From Longimicrobiales bacterium (GTDB taxonomy: Bacteria; Gemmatimonadota; Gemmatimonadetes; Longimicrobiales; Gaopeijiaceae): a DNA stretch of 64,000 nucleotides. Shown here in pieces: positions 49,996-59,168 of this stretch. Positions within the stretch are counted from its first letter, which is position 1; each line of letters opens with the position of its first letter. The position numbers were made by a program, and so were the translations under genes. Below the pieces are notes generated by a model. That model worked only from the letters and a program-made list of their open reading frames with translations, was not told the origin of the DNA and did no database searches. The stretch lies in NCBI GenBank assembly GCA_965248195.1, contig CBDFIQ010000002.1, positions 1,984,001 through 2,048,000 on the forward strand. Direction: 5' to 3'.

Positions 49996-51009
49996 TCACA
50001 GTGCCGGTCGTGGGGTCACTGTGACGAAGATGTTTTCATAAGTGAACGAGGAGCCGTCGCCAGCCACCCCACGGAGTACGTAATCTCCCGGCTCCTCAAA
50101 GGTCACTTCAGTGACCCACCTGCCGTCCGCAGGCGGCTCAGGAACCCTCCGTGGAGGCGACCACGGAGAGTTCGACCACACCCGTGAGTCCATCCACGTC
50201 TTCATCTGTAGCGGAGCAAAACTCACGTGCCGTGCGGGACCTCGGTAAACCATCCAGGAGAACCGCAAACCAGGTGCACCTTGAACGGTCGACCCCCCCG
50301 GAACCCGGTACAACTCTTCCAGAGTTGACGGGGGGTCGCCTCGGCCGTCCTCCCGTCGGGGGGGAAAGTTGTCGGGATCGTTGGCGAACGCGACCAGCGT
50401 CAGCGGCTCCCCTGTACTTACGCTGCGATGTTCGTCCCCTTCGACCTCGAGCTCAGGAGTAAGGTGAGTCCGAATGCGGTCGTCGAGGCTGCCGAAGTTC
50501 CCTCCCACTTCGGTGGACATCACCTGCGGGTCTATCCGGTAATCGCTCGAGAGTAATCCGTACGCGCGGTTCGTCTTCCCCTGCGTCTTCAAGGTCCACA
50601 CCCACTCCTTGTCGCCGAAATCCCCGGGCGCCCGGATCGTGAACAGGAAGGGGTTACGTCTCGGGTAGAAGTGCGCGGGCTGCCCCTGGTCGGCCATGGC
50701 GGGGTCCAAGGCCTCGAGCTCGAGGTCGTCGAGTCCCCCCGGCTCGGTGAGCGTGAAGTAGTTGTCGGGACCCACGGGAACCTCGAAATCCTGTTCCCAG
50801 TTCGAGTTCATGTACCCGAAGAACAACGTGAACGACCCGTCCTCGTTCGGCCACCACCCCTCGAACGCCGGCGACACAATCTCGCCCCGCATGGACGCGA
50901 ACCTACCTACAGCATCCTGGGCGCCTGCGGGTTGGAACAGGAAGAGAAGCCCCAACGAGGCGAGCAACAGCTGCGTCCCGCCGGACCATAGGGATCCGCC
51001 GTGCCTCAT
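49996..51009 (-). CDS. Secreted hypothetical protein with C-terminal Ig/PKD-like strand pattern
   Basis: ATG 51009 overlaps the upstream stop (ATGA); signal peptide; PAFEGW..N.DGSF...FGYMN.N, GQP.HF.PRR, F.EPG.YVLR..A.DG. Confidence 0.75.
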   Translation of the reverse strand: MRHGGSLWSGGTQLLLASLGLLFLFQPAGAQDAVGRFASMRGEIVSPAFEGWWPNEDGSFTLFFGYMNSNWEQDFEVPVGPDNYFTLTEPGGLDDLELEALDPAMADQGQPAHFYPRRNPFLFTIRAPGDFGDKEWVWTLKTQGKTNRAYGLLSSDYRIDPQVMSTEVGGNFGSLDDRIRTHLTPELEVEGDEHRSVSTGEPLTLVAFANDPDNFPPRREDGRGDPPSTLEELYRVPGGSTVQGAPGLRFSWMVYRGPARHVSFAPLQMKTWMDSRVWSNSPWSPPRRVPEPPADGRWVTEVTFEEPGDYVLRGVAGDGSSFTYENIFVTVTPRPAL

Positions 51010-52484
51010 GGCGTGCCCCCGTCCGTCGTCGCGTCCTCCATCACCTGCGGGGCCCAACACAGCGGACACCCGATGTCGTATTCGTTTCTGTCCTTCATGA
51101 TCGCACGTCGTTTGGCCATTTCGGCCTGGAACTGCTCTTCCGTGAGCCGAGCCGATTGGCCGAGGTCGATGAACATGCTGGAGACCGACCGCCGACCGCC
51201 TCCGGCCCAGTTTCTCGTGTCCGCGAGGTTGGGGTTCTCGGCCCTGGTGTCCAGGAAGCCTATCGTGTGCAGAATGGTACCCTTCGGCAGCAGCGGCGCC
51301 GCATCGTCCTCGTAGAGATACTGCTTGACCCAATTGTGATCATAGCCCACACAGTTGAGCATGAACCGGTTGATGCCCCAAATCGCCTCCAGGCACATCC
51401 GCACGCCCGGCGCGTGGAGGTGCGGCTCAAAGGCCGTGATCTTGGTGTGCTCTGTCAACACGCGATACGAATGGAATTCCTGACCGGCTTGATTCGGCCT
51501 TACGTCGATGTCGATGCCGTTGCCTCCAGACCCGCCTGAGCGGCTGTACATCGGCTCGTACCCAACTGGAAAGAACCTGTAGCCGAATTCAAGGTGCGCG
51601 GTGGTCTCCCGCCAGCCATTCGAGTGAACATGGGACGCGCGCAGAGACAACGCTGAATTCGCCTGCAGGAGCATGCCGACACCCTCGCCGAAGATATCCG
51701 CGTTGCGCCCGACTTCGTGAATGGGCCAGCCCTGCCTGGTGTCCGGGTCGATCACTGTCCCGTCTTCGTTCAGGACCCCACTCGAATACGTCATGTGGTG
51801 AAAGACATAACGTCCGCCCACCGTAGCGGCCTCGGTATCCGTGGGAAGATCGTTGATCTCTCGGACCTCGACGGACCGCACGTACCGGTCCTCCGTGAGA
51901 CCTGTCGGCACGATGCCAATATCTCCCCACCGATCGGGCCCAACGGCCGGAACGGTCAGGTCGATGGACCGCAGGATCAGATCCGGTTCCCCGAGCGCCC
52001 ACCCCACGTCGGCCGGAAAATCGAGCGGCGGCGGCATGTCGGCCGGATCGCCCTCGGGAACTCCGTTCCTCACCCATGCCTGGATCGTGGCCAGCTCTTC
52101 GTCACTGAGGGGGTTGTCGTTCTTGAAACGCTGGATCCCGATGCCCGGCTCAACGTAGAACGGGGGCATGGCGCCCATCCGGTCTCGGATGGCCGTGCGA
52201 TCCCTGATCCGCGTGGCAAAGCGCCTCACCTCCTGGTACGTGGTGAGGGCCATGGGTGCCCCGCCTGCGGCTCGGTGGCAGTTCTGGCAGCTCCGTTGAA
52301 GGATGGGGGCAATGTCCTTGGTGAACGTGACTTCTTCCGGGTTGATGCCGAAGTCCGCAGCCGCGAACAAATAGGGCTCAATGTTGGTGACGCTGCCGTC
52401 GCGTACGGGATACTGTGCGGTCAGGGCGACCGGCATCATCAGAACGGCCATAATCGCAAACGGGAACCGATGTCTGGCGTGCAT
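51006..52484 (-). CDS. Exported cytochrome c plus copper type II monooxygenase-like protein
   Basis: Signal peptide; [18 protein letters not shown] (CxxCH), MPP; later HH, H, HxH and distal M; start 52484 after a GGAG RBS. Confidence 0.75.
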   Translation of the reverse strand: MHARHRFPFAIMAVLMMPVALTAQYPVRDGSVTNIEPYLFAAADFGINPEEVTFTKDIAPILQRSCQNCHRAAGGAPMALTTYQEVRRFATRIRDRTAIRDRMGAMPPFYVEPGIGIQRFKNDNPLSDEELATIQAWVRNGVPEGDPADMPPPLDFPADVGWALGEPDLILRSIDLTVPAVGPDRWGDIGIVPTGLTEDRYVRSVEVREINDLPTDTEAATVGGRYVFHHMTYSSGVLNEDGTVIDPDTRQGWPIHEVGRNADIFGEGVGMLLQANSALSLRASHVHSNGWRETTAHLEFGYRFFPVGYEPMYSRSGGSGGNGIDIDVRPNQAGQEFHSYRVLTEHTKITAFEPHLHAPGVRMCLEAIWGINRFMLNCVGYDHNWVKQYLYEDDAAPLLPKGTILHTIGFLDTRAENPNLADTRNWAGGGRRSVSSMFIDLGQSARLTEEQFQAEMAKRRAIMKDRNEYDIGCPLCWAPQVMEDATTDGGTP

Positions 52485-52599
52485 CACACACTCCCTTGAG
52501 AAAGTCCAAGAACCCGACATTACCCCACGAGGAGCCAGTTGAGTGCTCGCCGCAAGGTACGCCAACTGCCACCGGGACTGCAAGCAAAAGGGCGTCCAA

Positions 52600-54327
52600 T
52601 CAGTGCCGGAACAGTCGCTGTCCCGTGAGGACCATGGCCATGCCATGCTCGTTGGCGGCCGCGATGACTTCTACGTCGCGCACCGAGCCACCGGGCTGAA
52701 CGATGGCCCGTACGCCCGCCTCGGCGGCGGCGTCCACACCGTCTCGGAACGGAAAGAACGCATCCGAGGCCAGGACCGCGCCCTTGAGCTCAAGACCGGC
52801 ATCCGCCGCCTTCTGCACCGCGATGCGTGACGCATCGACCCGGCTCATCTGGCCGGCGCCGATCCCCAGAGTTGAGCCGTCGCGCGCGAAGAGGATGGCG
52901 TTGGATTTGACGCCGAACACTGCTGCCCAGGCGAATCGGAGGTCGTCCCACTCCTTTTCGTTGGGTGCGCGGGACGTGGCCACCCCCCACTTCCCGCCGT
53001 CCAGTCCGTAAAAGGGCGGTGGCGGCGGGTCCTGAACGAGCATGCCTCCGTACACGCCCCGGACGACCCTCGCGTCCGGGCGCCGGCCGTGTTCAGCGAG
53101 AAAGCGGGCCGAGCGGCGCACTTCGTCGGAGGCGTCGGCCCATGAGCCTCCCTCGGGCTCACCGGCCACGGGTTCGTCGATTCCGCCGTACACCAGCAGC
53201 CTCACGTTCTTCTTACGGATCAGGATCTCGAGCGCGGGTTCGTCGAAACCAGGCGCCACAACACATTCGATGAACAGGCTCGACATCGCTTCGGCCGCGG
53301 CCTCGTCGATGCGACGGTTCACTGAGATCACAGAGCCGAACGCGCTCTTGCCGTCGGTGGCCAGCGCCCGTTCATATGCGGCCTCCACCGAGTCGCCAAT
53401 CGCCAATCCGCAGGGGGTCGTGTGTTTCACGATGCAGAGGGCGGCCTTCAGCGAGTACGCGAAGGGCGAAAGCGACAGAAGGGCCCCGTCCAAATCAAGC
53501 AAGTTGTTGTACGACAGATCTTTACCATGCAATTGCTCTAGTCCTGCGAGACCGTCCTCGCAACCGGACCACCTGTAAAACGCCGCGTTCTGTCCCGGGT
53601 TTTCGCCGTAGCGAAGTCCCTGAACGAGCTCGAGGTCCAGGGACAGGGTCGCGGCCGGGCGCTCGGTGTCTTCGCGCTCGGACCCGGAGTCCTGGCCTTC
53701 TGCGGTGGATTCCTCCTCCCGCGAGGCGCCGCGAGCGTTCTGCTCCTCCAAGTATGTTGCGATGGTGCGGTCGTACTCGCTGACATGGCCGAACGCCTTC
53801 GCCGCCAACTCTCGTCGCAGGTGGGCTTCGGACGACCCGTCGTCGCTGCCAGGGGTGATTTCCTCCGACACCCGGCCGTAATCCGCAGAATCTACGACCA
53901 CCCACACGTCCACATGGCTCTTGGCGGCGGCTCGGATCATCGTGGGCCCCCCGATGTCCACTTTTTCCATCGCTTCACCCACCGGGACGTCCCCACGAGC
54001 GACCGTCTCCCGGAAGGGATATAGGTTCACTGCCACCAGATCGATCGGAGCGTACCCGTGCTCTGAAAGGGCAGCCATATCCTCGGACAGGGCGCGCCGC
54101 GCCAACAGACCGGCGTGAATGGCAGGATGGAGCGTCTTGACACGCCCGTCCAACATCTCCGGATGCCCGGTCACCTGCGCCACATCGGTCACCTCGACGC
54201 CCGCCTCACGGATGGCGCGAGCCGTGCCTCCCGTGGACAGGATTTCCCAACCCGCCTCCACCAACGAATTCGCGAAGTCCTCGATGCCCGACTTGTCCGA
54301 CACACTGAGAAGCGCACGTCGCTTCAT
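52600..54327 (-). CDS. purH: Bifunctional AICAR transformylase / IMP cyclohydrolase
   Basis: [64 protein letters not shown] motifs. Confidence 0.97.
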   Translation of the reverse strand: MKRRALLSVSDKSGIEDFANSLVEAGWEILSTGGTARAIREAGVEVTDVAQVTGHPEMLDGRVKTLHPAIHAGLLARRALSEDMAALSEHGYAPIDLVAVNLYPFRETVARGDVPVGEAMEKVDIGGPTMIRAAAKSHVDVWVVVDSADYGRVSEEITPGSDDGSSEAHLRRELAAKAFGHVSEYDRTIATYLEEQNARGASREEESTAEGQDSGSEREDTERPAATLSLDLELVQGLRYGENPGQNAAFYRWSGCEDGLAGLEQLHGKDLSYNNLLDLDGALLSLSPFAYSLKAALCIVKHTTPCGLAIGDSVEAAYERALATDGKSAFGSVISVNRRIDEAAAEAMSSLFIECVVAPGFDEPALEILIRKKNVRLLVYGGIDEPVAGEPEGGSWADASDEVRRSARFLAEHGRRPDARVVRGVYGGMLVQDPPPPPFYGLDGGKWGVATSRAPNEKEWDDLRFAWAAVFGVKSNAILFARDGSTLGIGAGQMSRVDASRIAVQKAADAGLELKGAVLASDAFFPFRDGVDAAAEAGVRAIVQPGGSVRDVEVIAAANEHGMAMVLTGQRLFRH

Positions 54328-54363
54328 ATCTGGTTCATCTCCCCTGGTCTCGAATCTCTTGGG

Positions 54364-55026
54364 TTATGGTGAGCTCTGTTTGAATCCAGAGCCCGACTCC
54401 ACGGGCGAAAGCGGGAAGGGGCCCGGATCTCGACCCGCCGCCCACGCCTCGCAGACGTGGTCCACGACGGCCGGATACAAACGGTGTTCGACACTCAGGA
54501 TCCTTGCCGCCAAAGCAGGGACGTCGTCCCCGGGAAATACGCGTACGGACCACTGCCCTACGATGGCCCCCGTATCATACTCCTCGTCCACGTAGTGGAC
54601 GGTGGCACCCGACACCTCGGTCCCGGATGCGAGCACGGCCTCGTGCACGCGCTTGCCGAACATGCCCTTGCCACCAAAAGCAGGAAGCAGGGCGGGATGG
54701 ATGTTCAGGATGCGGTGTCGAAAGGCGGACACGACGGCGGACGGGACAAGTCGCACGTACCCGGCGAGGAAAATAGCCCGCACGTCCAGACTCTCGAGCA
54801 AGGCGACAATCTCGGTGGCGACGTCCTCGGGGGGGCGTCCTCCGACTTCGATCGTGCGGGCCATGCGGCCCGCGGCCTCGGCACGCCCCAACGCCTCCGC
54901 GCCCTCCCGATCCGAGATGACGACAACGATCCGATACGGTCCGTTCGTCGTTTCGTGGTCCAGGAGCGCCTGGAGGTTCGTACCGCTGCCAGACGCAAAA
55001 ACGGCGGCGGGAACCGGAGGCGTCAC
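54364..55026 (-). CDS. purN: Phosphoribosylglycinamide formyltransferase
   Basis: SGSGTNLQA, LAGY, NIHPALLP.FGGKG, SGATVH, YDTG, EH motifs. Confidence 0.96.
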   Translation of the reverse strand: MTPPVPAAVFASGSGTNLQALLDHETTNGPYRIVVVISDREGAEALGRAEAAGRMARTIEVGGRPPEDVATEIVALLESLDVRAIFLAGYVRLVPSAVVSAFRHRILNIHPALLPAFGGKGMFGKRVHEAVLASGTEVSGATVHYVDEEYDTGAIVGQWSVRVFPGDDVPALAARILSVEHRLYPAVVDHVCEAWAAGRDPGPFPLSPVESGSGFKQSSP

Positions 55027-55673
55027 GCCAGCTCCCCTCCGTAGTTCGGCACCAGGAAAGGGTTGGTCGTGCGCTCGTGCTCGACGTTGGTCGCCGGTCC
55101 ATGTCCGGTGAAGAGTCGTGTCTCGCCTGGCATGGTCAGGACGTGTTCCCGAATACTCCGGAAGAGGGCTTGATAATCCCCGCCAGGAAGATCGGTCCGT
55201 CCCACCGAACCCGCAAAAACCAGGTCCCCGACGAGCGCCAGGCCATCGTCTTCGGCATGCAGAATCACATGCCCAGGCGAGTGTCCTGGCGTGTGGATGA
55301 TCTTGAACACCGACTCCCCGAACCGAAAGCTCCCACCATCCTCGAGCTCCCGCTCGGGTGGGTCCAGCGGGGAGCTGCTCAGCCCCAACATGGTGGCCTG
55401 CGCCGGAAGGTTTTCGAACATCTCCAGATCGGCCGGATGCAGATACGCGGGCGCGTCGGTGTAGTCCCGAATCACGCCCAAACCCTCGACGTGGTCGAGG
55501 TGCGCGTGGGTCAGCAGAACAGCCGTGAGCTCACCGGCTCCCGCCTTGATGGCCGCAACCATGTCGAGTGCCGCAGCACCCGGATCCACGATCACACACT
55601 GGCCGGTGGCTTCGCACCACGCGACGTAGCCGTTTTGGGCAAAGTCACCGCCCGTGAAGCATCGTACTTCCAT
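55023..55673 (-). CDS. MBL-fold metallo-hydrolase (GloB/YcbL-like)
   Basis: LTHAHLDH, TPGHSPG, GD..F.GSVGRTDLPGG, GHG, E...NPF motifs. Confidence 0.9.
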   Translation of the reverse strand: MEVRCFTGGDFAQNGYVAWCEATGQCVIVDPGAAALDMVAAIKAGAGELTAVLLTHAHLDHVEGLGVIRDYTDAPAYLHPADLEMFENLPAQATMLGLSSSPLDPPERELEDGGSFRFGESVFKIIHTPGHSPGHVILHAEDDGLALVGDLVFAGSVGRTDLPGGDYQALFRSIREHVLTMPGETRLFTGHGPATNVEHERTTNPFLVPNYGGELA

Positions 55674-55710
55674 CCCGGATCTTTCCACTTCCCTCAAAAA
55701 CCACTTTCCT

Positions 55711-55750
55711 CAAAACAAAAAGCCCGCGGGAATTTCACCCACGAGCTTTC
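55711..55750 (-). terminator. Rho-independent terminator after iscA/erpA
   Basis: Minus strand AAGCTCGTGGG-tgaaatt-CCCGCGGGCTT followed by TTTGTTTTG. Confidence 0.75.
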
Positions 55751-55773
55751 CGTAGCAGAGCTATATGTGTGGT

Positions 55774-56118
55774 TCAGGCCGTAAAAGAGCTTCCGCACCC
55801 ACATCCACCCGTCGCATTTGGGTTTCGGAACGTGAAGCCCGCCCCCATCATGCTGGTCGTGTAATCGATCTCGACGCCCTCCAGATACTGCACGCTGAAG
55901 GGGTCGACGAAGATTCGAACCCCAGAGATTTCTAGAATCTCGTCGTCGGCTTCGGGTTCGTCCTCGATGTTGAGTCCGTACTGGAATCCGGAGCATCCGC
56001 CGGGTAGGACGGCAACCCGGAGGCCAGCACCGTCCGCGGCCCCATGCTCCTCTATAAAGCTCCCGACCTTTTCCACCGCAGTGGGCGTCAGGGTCAGGAT
56101 CGTCTCGGTGCTCTCCAT
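55774..56118 (-). CDS. Iron-sulfur cluster assembly A-type carrier (HesB/IscA/ErpA)
   Basis: LRV...GGCSGFQY, NPNA.GGCGCGSSF; start 56118 after a GGAGG RBS. Confidence 0.94.
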   Translation of the reverse strand: MESTETILTLTPTAVEKVGSFIEEHGAADGAGLRVAVLPGGCSGFQYGLNIEDEPEADDEILEISGVRIFVDPFSVQYLEGVEIDYTTSMMGAGFTFRNPNATGGCGCGSSFTA

Positions 56119-56165
56119 GTCACTTCCTCCGTCGTGGGGACTCCAAGAGCCCTTTCCACTACTCA

Positions 56166-56194
56166 AAGCTATCCGACGCCCCTAGGGGGGTCAA
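56166..56194 (-). promoter_or_regulatory. Putative sigma-70 promoter TTGACC-N17-TAGCTT for iscA/erpA
   Basis: -35 at 56194-56189, -10 at 56171-56166; CCCCTAGGGG palindrome in the spacer. Confidence 0.5.
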
Positions 56195-56212
56195 CGCCCC
56201 TCCTCTACTCGC

Positions 56213-56459
56213 TCAACCACCGCTCAGGATGAGGTGCGCGGCCTCGACCAAGTCGTCTACAACTACTATGCCGGGGGGCACGCGAGCGGCTTCCTCCTCT
56301 CCGTATCCAGTCCGTACGAGCACGCCGACACCCCCTAACTCGTGGGCCGGAGTCACGTCGGGAACCTTGTCTCCGACATAAGTCGGGAACCTTGTCTCCG
56401 ACATAATAGGAATCCGCCAGGCTGAGCCCGAGTTCGGCCGCGGCCTGTCGGTACATTTC
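56213..56459 (-). pseudogene. gmhB: GmhB/HisB-like HAD phosphatase remnant (5' part missing, 25-bp duplication frameshift)
   Basis: MYRQAAAELGLSLADSYYVGDKVPD then, in another frame, YVGDKVPDV...GVLVRTGYG...VVDDLVEAA; 25-bp tandem at 56357-56406. Confidence 0.8.
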
Positions 56460-56463
56460 CCCC

Positions 56464-57864
56464 TCAGAGTTCGACGTGGCGGGAGAGCAAATCGAGAACC
56501 ACAGAGTCCTGCCACGGAAGCACCGTACGGAGGTCGACCCAGAGCGCTCCGTCTTCCACTCGCCCTACGAGGGGTACGGAAGCACCCCGTAACCGGGCCG
56601 CCAACGGGTCCGGGCCGCCCTCCTGCGATTCCACGCGGATCCCACGACTCTCGATTTCCACGTCGGGGAACGTCCCTCCTCCGACCACCGAGGACATCTC
56701 GACGGCTTCGCACGTTACACCCGCGGCCGCCAGGTTCGCGGCCAGCGTATCGGCCCGTTCCCGCAAAGCCTCAGGACTGGCCGAAAGCATGGCCAGCACC
56801 GGGATCTCCCTCAAGGCGGTCTCAGGATCACGATACAGCTGAAGAGTCGCCTCGAGTCCCGCCAAGGCCGTTTTGTCCACTCGAACCGCTCGGCACCAGG
56901 GGTCCTTCCGCATGCGATCCACCCACTCGGCCTTCCCCAACAGAATCCCAGCCTGGGGGCCGCCCAAGAGCTTATCCCCTGAGAACGCCACGATATCGGC
57001 GCCGGCGGCCAGGCTTTCGGTGGGCCGGGGTTCCGGGGGGAGACCTAAACGTTTCGGATCGACCAAGAGGCCGGAGCCCAGATCATGAACCACCGCCACT
57101 CCCAGCTCCGCGCCCAGGCCCACGAGATCTTCGAGCGGAGCCTCCTGGGTGAACCCCGTAATGCGGAAGTTCGAGCGATGCACCTTGAGGATCATGGCCG
57201 GGTCGCTCTTCTCGGCGGCGACCCGGTAGTCCTCGAGGCGGGTCCGGTTGGTGCTCCCCACCTCCACGAGCACCCCGCCCGAACTCTCCAGGATTTCCGG
57301 GATGCGAAATCCCCCACCGATCTCCACCAGCTCTCCCCGCGAGACGAGCACCGTCCGCCCGAAGGCCACCGTCCGGAGGGCGAGGACGAGGGCCGCGGCC
57401 CCGTTGTTGCTCACGAGCGCCCCACCCGCCCCGGTCAGTTCCCGGAGAAGGGCCGTGCAATGGTCGTAGCGAGAACCCCGGCTTCCCGCCTCCAGATCGT
57501 ACTCGAGGTTGGCGTACCCGCGTGCGACACTGGCCATCGCGTCGAGCGCCGAGTCCGCGAGAGGGGCACGGCCCAGGTTGGTATGCAGAACCACCCCGGT
57601 TCCGTTGATGACGGCTCGGAGTGATGGCGTGGCGGATACGCGGAGCCGCTCCTCTACTTCGCCGGCGTAGAGCTGTGGGTCTTCCACGTCCCCCGGAAGG
57701 GGTTCAGGATCAACGCCCTCGCCGAGTTCGCGGCGAACCCGGTCCAGCTCCGTCCGAAGGTGCTGGACCACTAGCCCTCTCGGGTGCGCCTCCAGAATCG
57801 CGACGAAAGCCTCGGACTCGAGCAGCCGCTCCAGTGACGGAATCAGGCGGCGAGTGTCACTCAA
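56464..57864 (-). CDS. selA: L-seryl-tRNA(Sec) selenium transferase
   Basis: VINGTGVVLHTNLGRAPL, NLEYDL..G.RG.R, SRGELVEIGGGFRIP, EVGSTN, KVHRSNF, DLGSG, FSGDKLLGGPQAG motifs; TTG start at 57864 assumed. Confidence 0.95.
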   Translation of the reverse strand: MSDTRRLIPSLERLLESEAFVAILEAHPRGLVVQHLRTELDRVRRELGEGVDPEPLPGDVEDPQLYAGEVEERLRVSATPSLRAVINGTGVVLHTNLGRAPLADSALDAMASVARGYANLEYDLEAGSRGSRYDHCTALLRELTGAGGALVSNNGAAALVLALRTVAFGRTVLVSRGELVEIGGGFRIPEILESSGGVLVEVGSTNRTRLEDYRVAAEKSDPAMILKVHRSNFRITGFTQEAPLEDLVGLGAELGVAVVHDLGSGLLVDPKRLGLPPEPRPTESLAAGADIVAFSGDKLLGGPQAGILLGKAEWVDRMRKDPWCRAVRVDKTALAGLEATLQLYRDPETALREIPVLAMLSASPEALRERADTLAANLAAAGVTCEAVEMSSVVGGGTFPDVEIESRGIRVESQEGGPDPLAARLRGASVPLVGRVEDGALWVDLRTVLPWQDSVVLDLLSRHVEL

Positions 57865-59161
57865 GCGGTGACGCCTCGCGAAGCACTTCGGCCGTGCCAC
57901 CTCCATCCGGGACGCCATTGATGTTGGTCACACCCGCGACGGACAACTCATACGGTTGATCCGCGGCAAGCGTGTCTGCCAGCATGAGGTAGAGCACCCT
58001 CTTCGGTAGATCGCGGGTCTGTAACACCCTTGCGTCACTCCGGGCCGGGGGTCGCGGACGAGTCAACTCGGATTCGATCTCGGCCGCGGTTGCGGAATCG
58101 CCAGCGCTCCGGAGCAACTCGATCCGTTGCTGTTCCTCTTCGAATCGAATCGAGTCGGCGACGTGCAAAGAATCCTGAATCGCATCCATTCGACCCAGGT
58201 AGTCTCGCTCATGCATGATCGTGATCACTCCAGGCGGGGCGAGGGAATCGGGTCCCAAGGACACCGACACTCCGGTAAGCTCCGAGCCGGAGTCGAGGAA
58301 ATCATCGAACTCAACAGCCAGCGTAAGAGAGTCGACAACCTCTACACTCCCGACCATGGCGGGTGTCGTGTCCGGAGCAAGCAGCGAAAAATTCAGGAAC
58401 AGAGTATCGGCTGGATTCAACTCCTCGCGACCCGTCCCGATCGGCTCGAGATCGTCGGGCTCCCCGTTGCGGTTCTGGTCCATGAACGCGGTGATCTCAT
58501 ATCGACCGGACGGGACATACCGGAACGCGTAGACGCCACTCGAATCGGTGATGGCGACGTGGGTCGGCACTACCTGGTCGTCGGATTCCTCCCCCCCGGG
58601 GGGGCGCTCGACGCGAGCCGCGACCCGTGCGCCCTCCGCCCGCTCCCCAGTGATCCGGTCGACGATGGAGCCCGCGAGCACGGTGGGCGTCATCTCGGCA
58701 CCAGTCGAGAAGATGAACTCGAACGCGTCGGCCATCTCGTTGCTAAAGAGGTCCTGCACAACGGGCTGCACCGTCACGCGGTAGACCTCGTCGGGCCGGA
58801 ACCCCCCCGCCATCGTCACCCGCAACGCCCGACCGGAATGGCGAACGCTCACCTCCCCGGACTCCGGAGAAATGATCACCGCGCCGTCCAGCGTGCCCTG
58901 CACCCCGCGCTCGCTGATCCGTTCGTCGAAGACGATCCGGATCTCGTCGTCGAAGGCGGCGAGGACCGCGAAGGTGTCGGGAAACGTCTCCACCACTTGC
59001 GGACCGGTGAGATCCCGAGGGCCGCCCGTGGGCGCACCCTGATTGGCGCACGAGCAAATCGAGAAAAGTCCGATCATCCCCCATGCACTCCGGGCAATCC
59101 GTGTCGGACGGAATCCACTCATGACCCGGAGTCCTGTGCGCGACCCGCTGTACTCCTCCAA
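57857..59161 (-). CDS. Ig-like (Big_5) domain lipoprotein
   Basis: SCAN.GAPTGGPRD..GP.V motif, FDE, FSTG, AFMDQNRNG.PD; start uncertain. Confidence 0.75.
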   Translation of the reverse strand: MEEYSGSRTGLRVMSGFRPTRIARSAWGMIGLFSICSCANQGAPTGGPRDLTGPQVVETFPDTFAVLAAFDDEIRIVFDERISERGVQGTLDGAVIISPESGEVSVRHSGRALRVTMAGGFRPDEVYRVTVQPVVQDLFSNEMADAFEFIFSTGAEMTPTVLAGSIVDRITGERAEGARVAARVERPPGGEESDDQVVPTHVAITDSSGVYAFRYVPSGRYEITAFMDQNRNGEPDDLEPIGTGREELNPADTLFLNFSLLAPDTTPAMVGSVEVVDSLTLAVEFDDFLDSGSELTGVSVSLGPDSLAPPGVITIMHERDYLGRMDAIQDSLHVADSIRFEEEQQRIELLRSAGDSATAAEIESELTRPRPPARSDARVLQTRDLPKRVLYLMLADTLAADQPYELSVAGVTNINGVPDGGGTAEVLREASPLE

Positions 59162-59168
59162 CAGCCTT

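Noticed and set aside
55774..56118. HesB-like selenoprotein near selA
   Set aside because: All three conserved positions are Cys codons; no in-frame UGA before the stop
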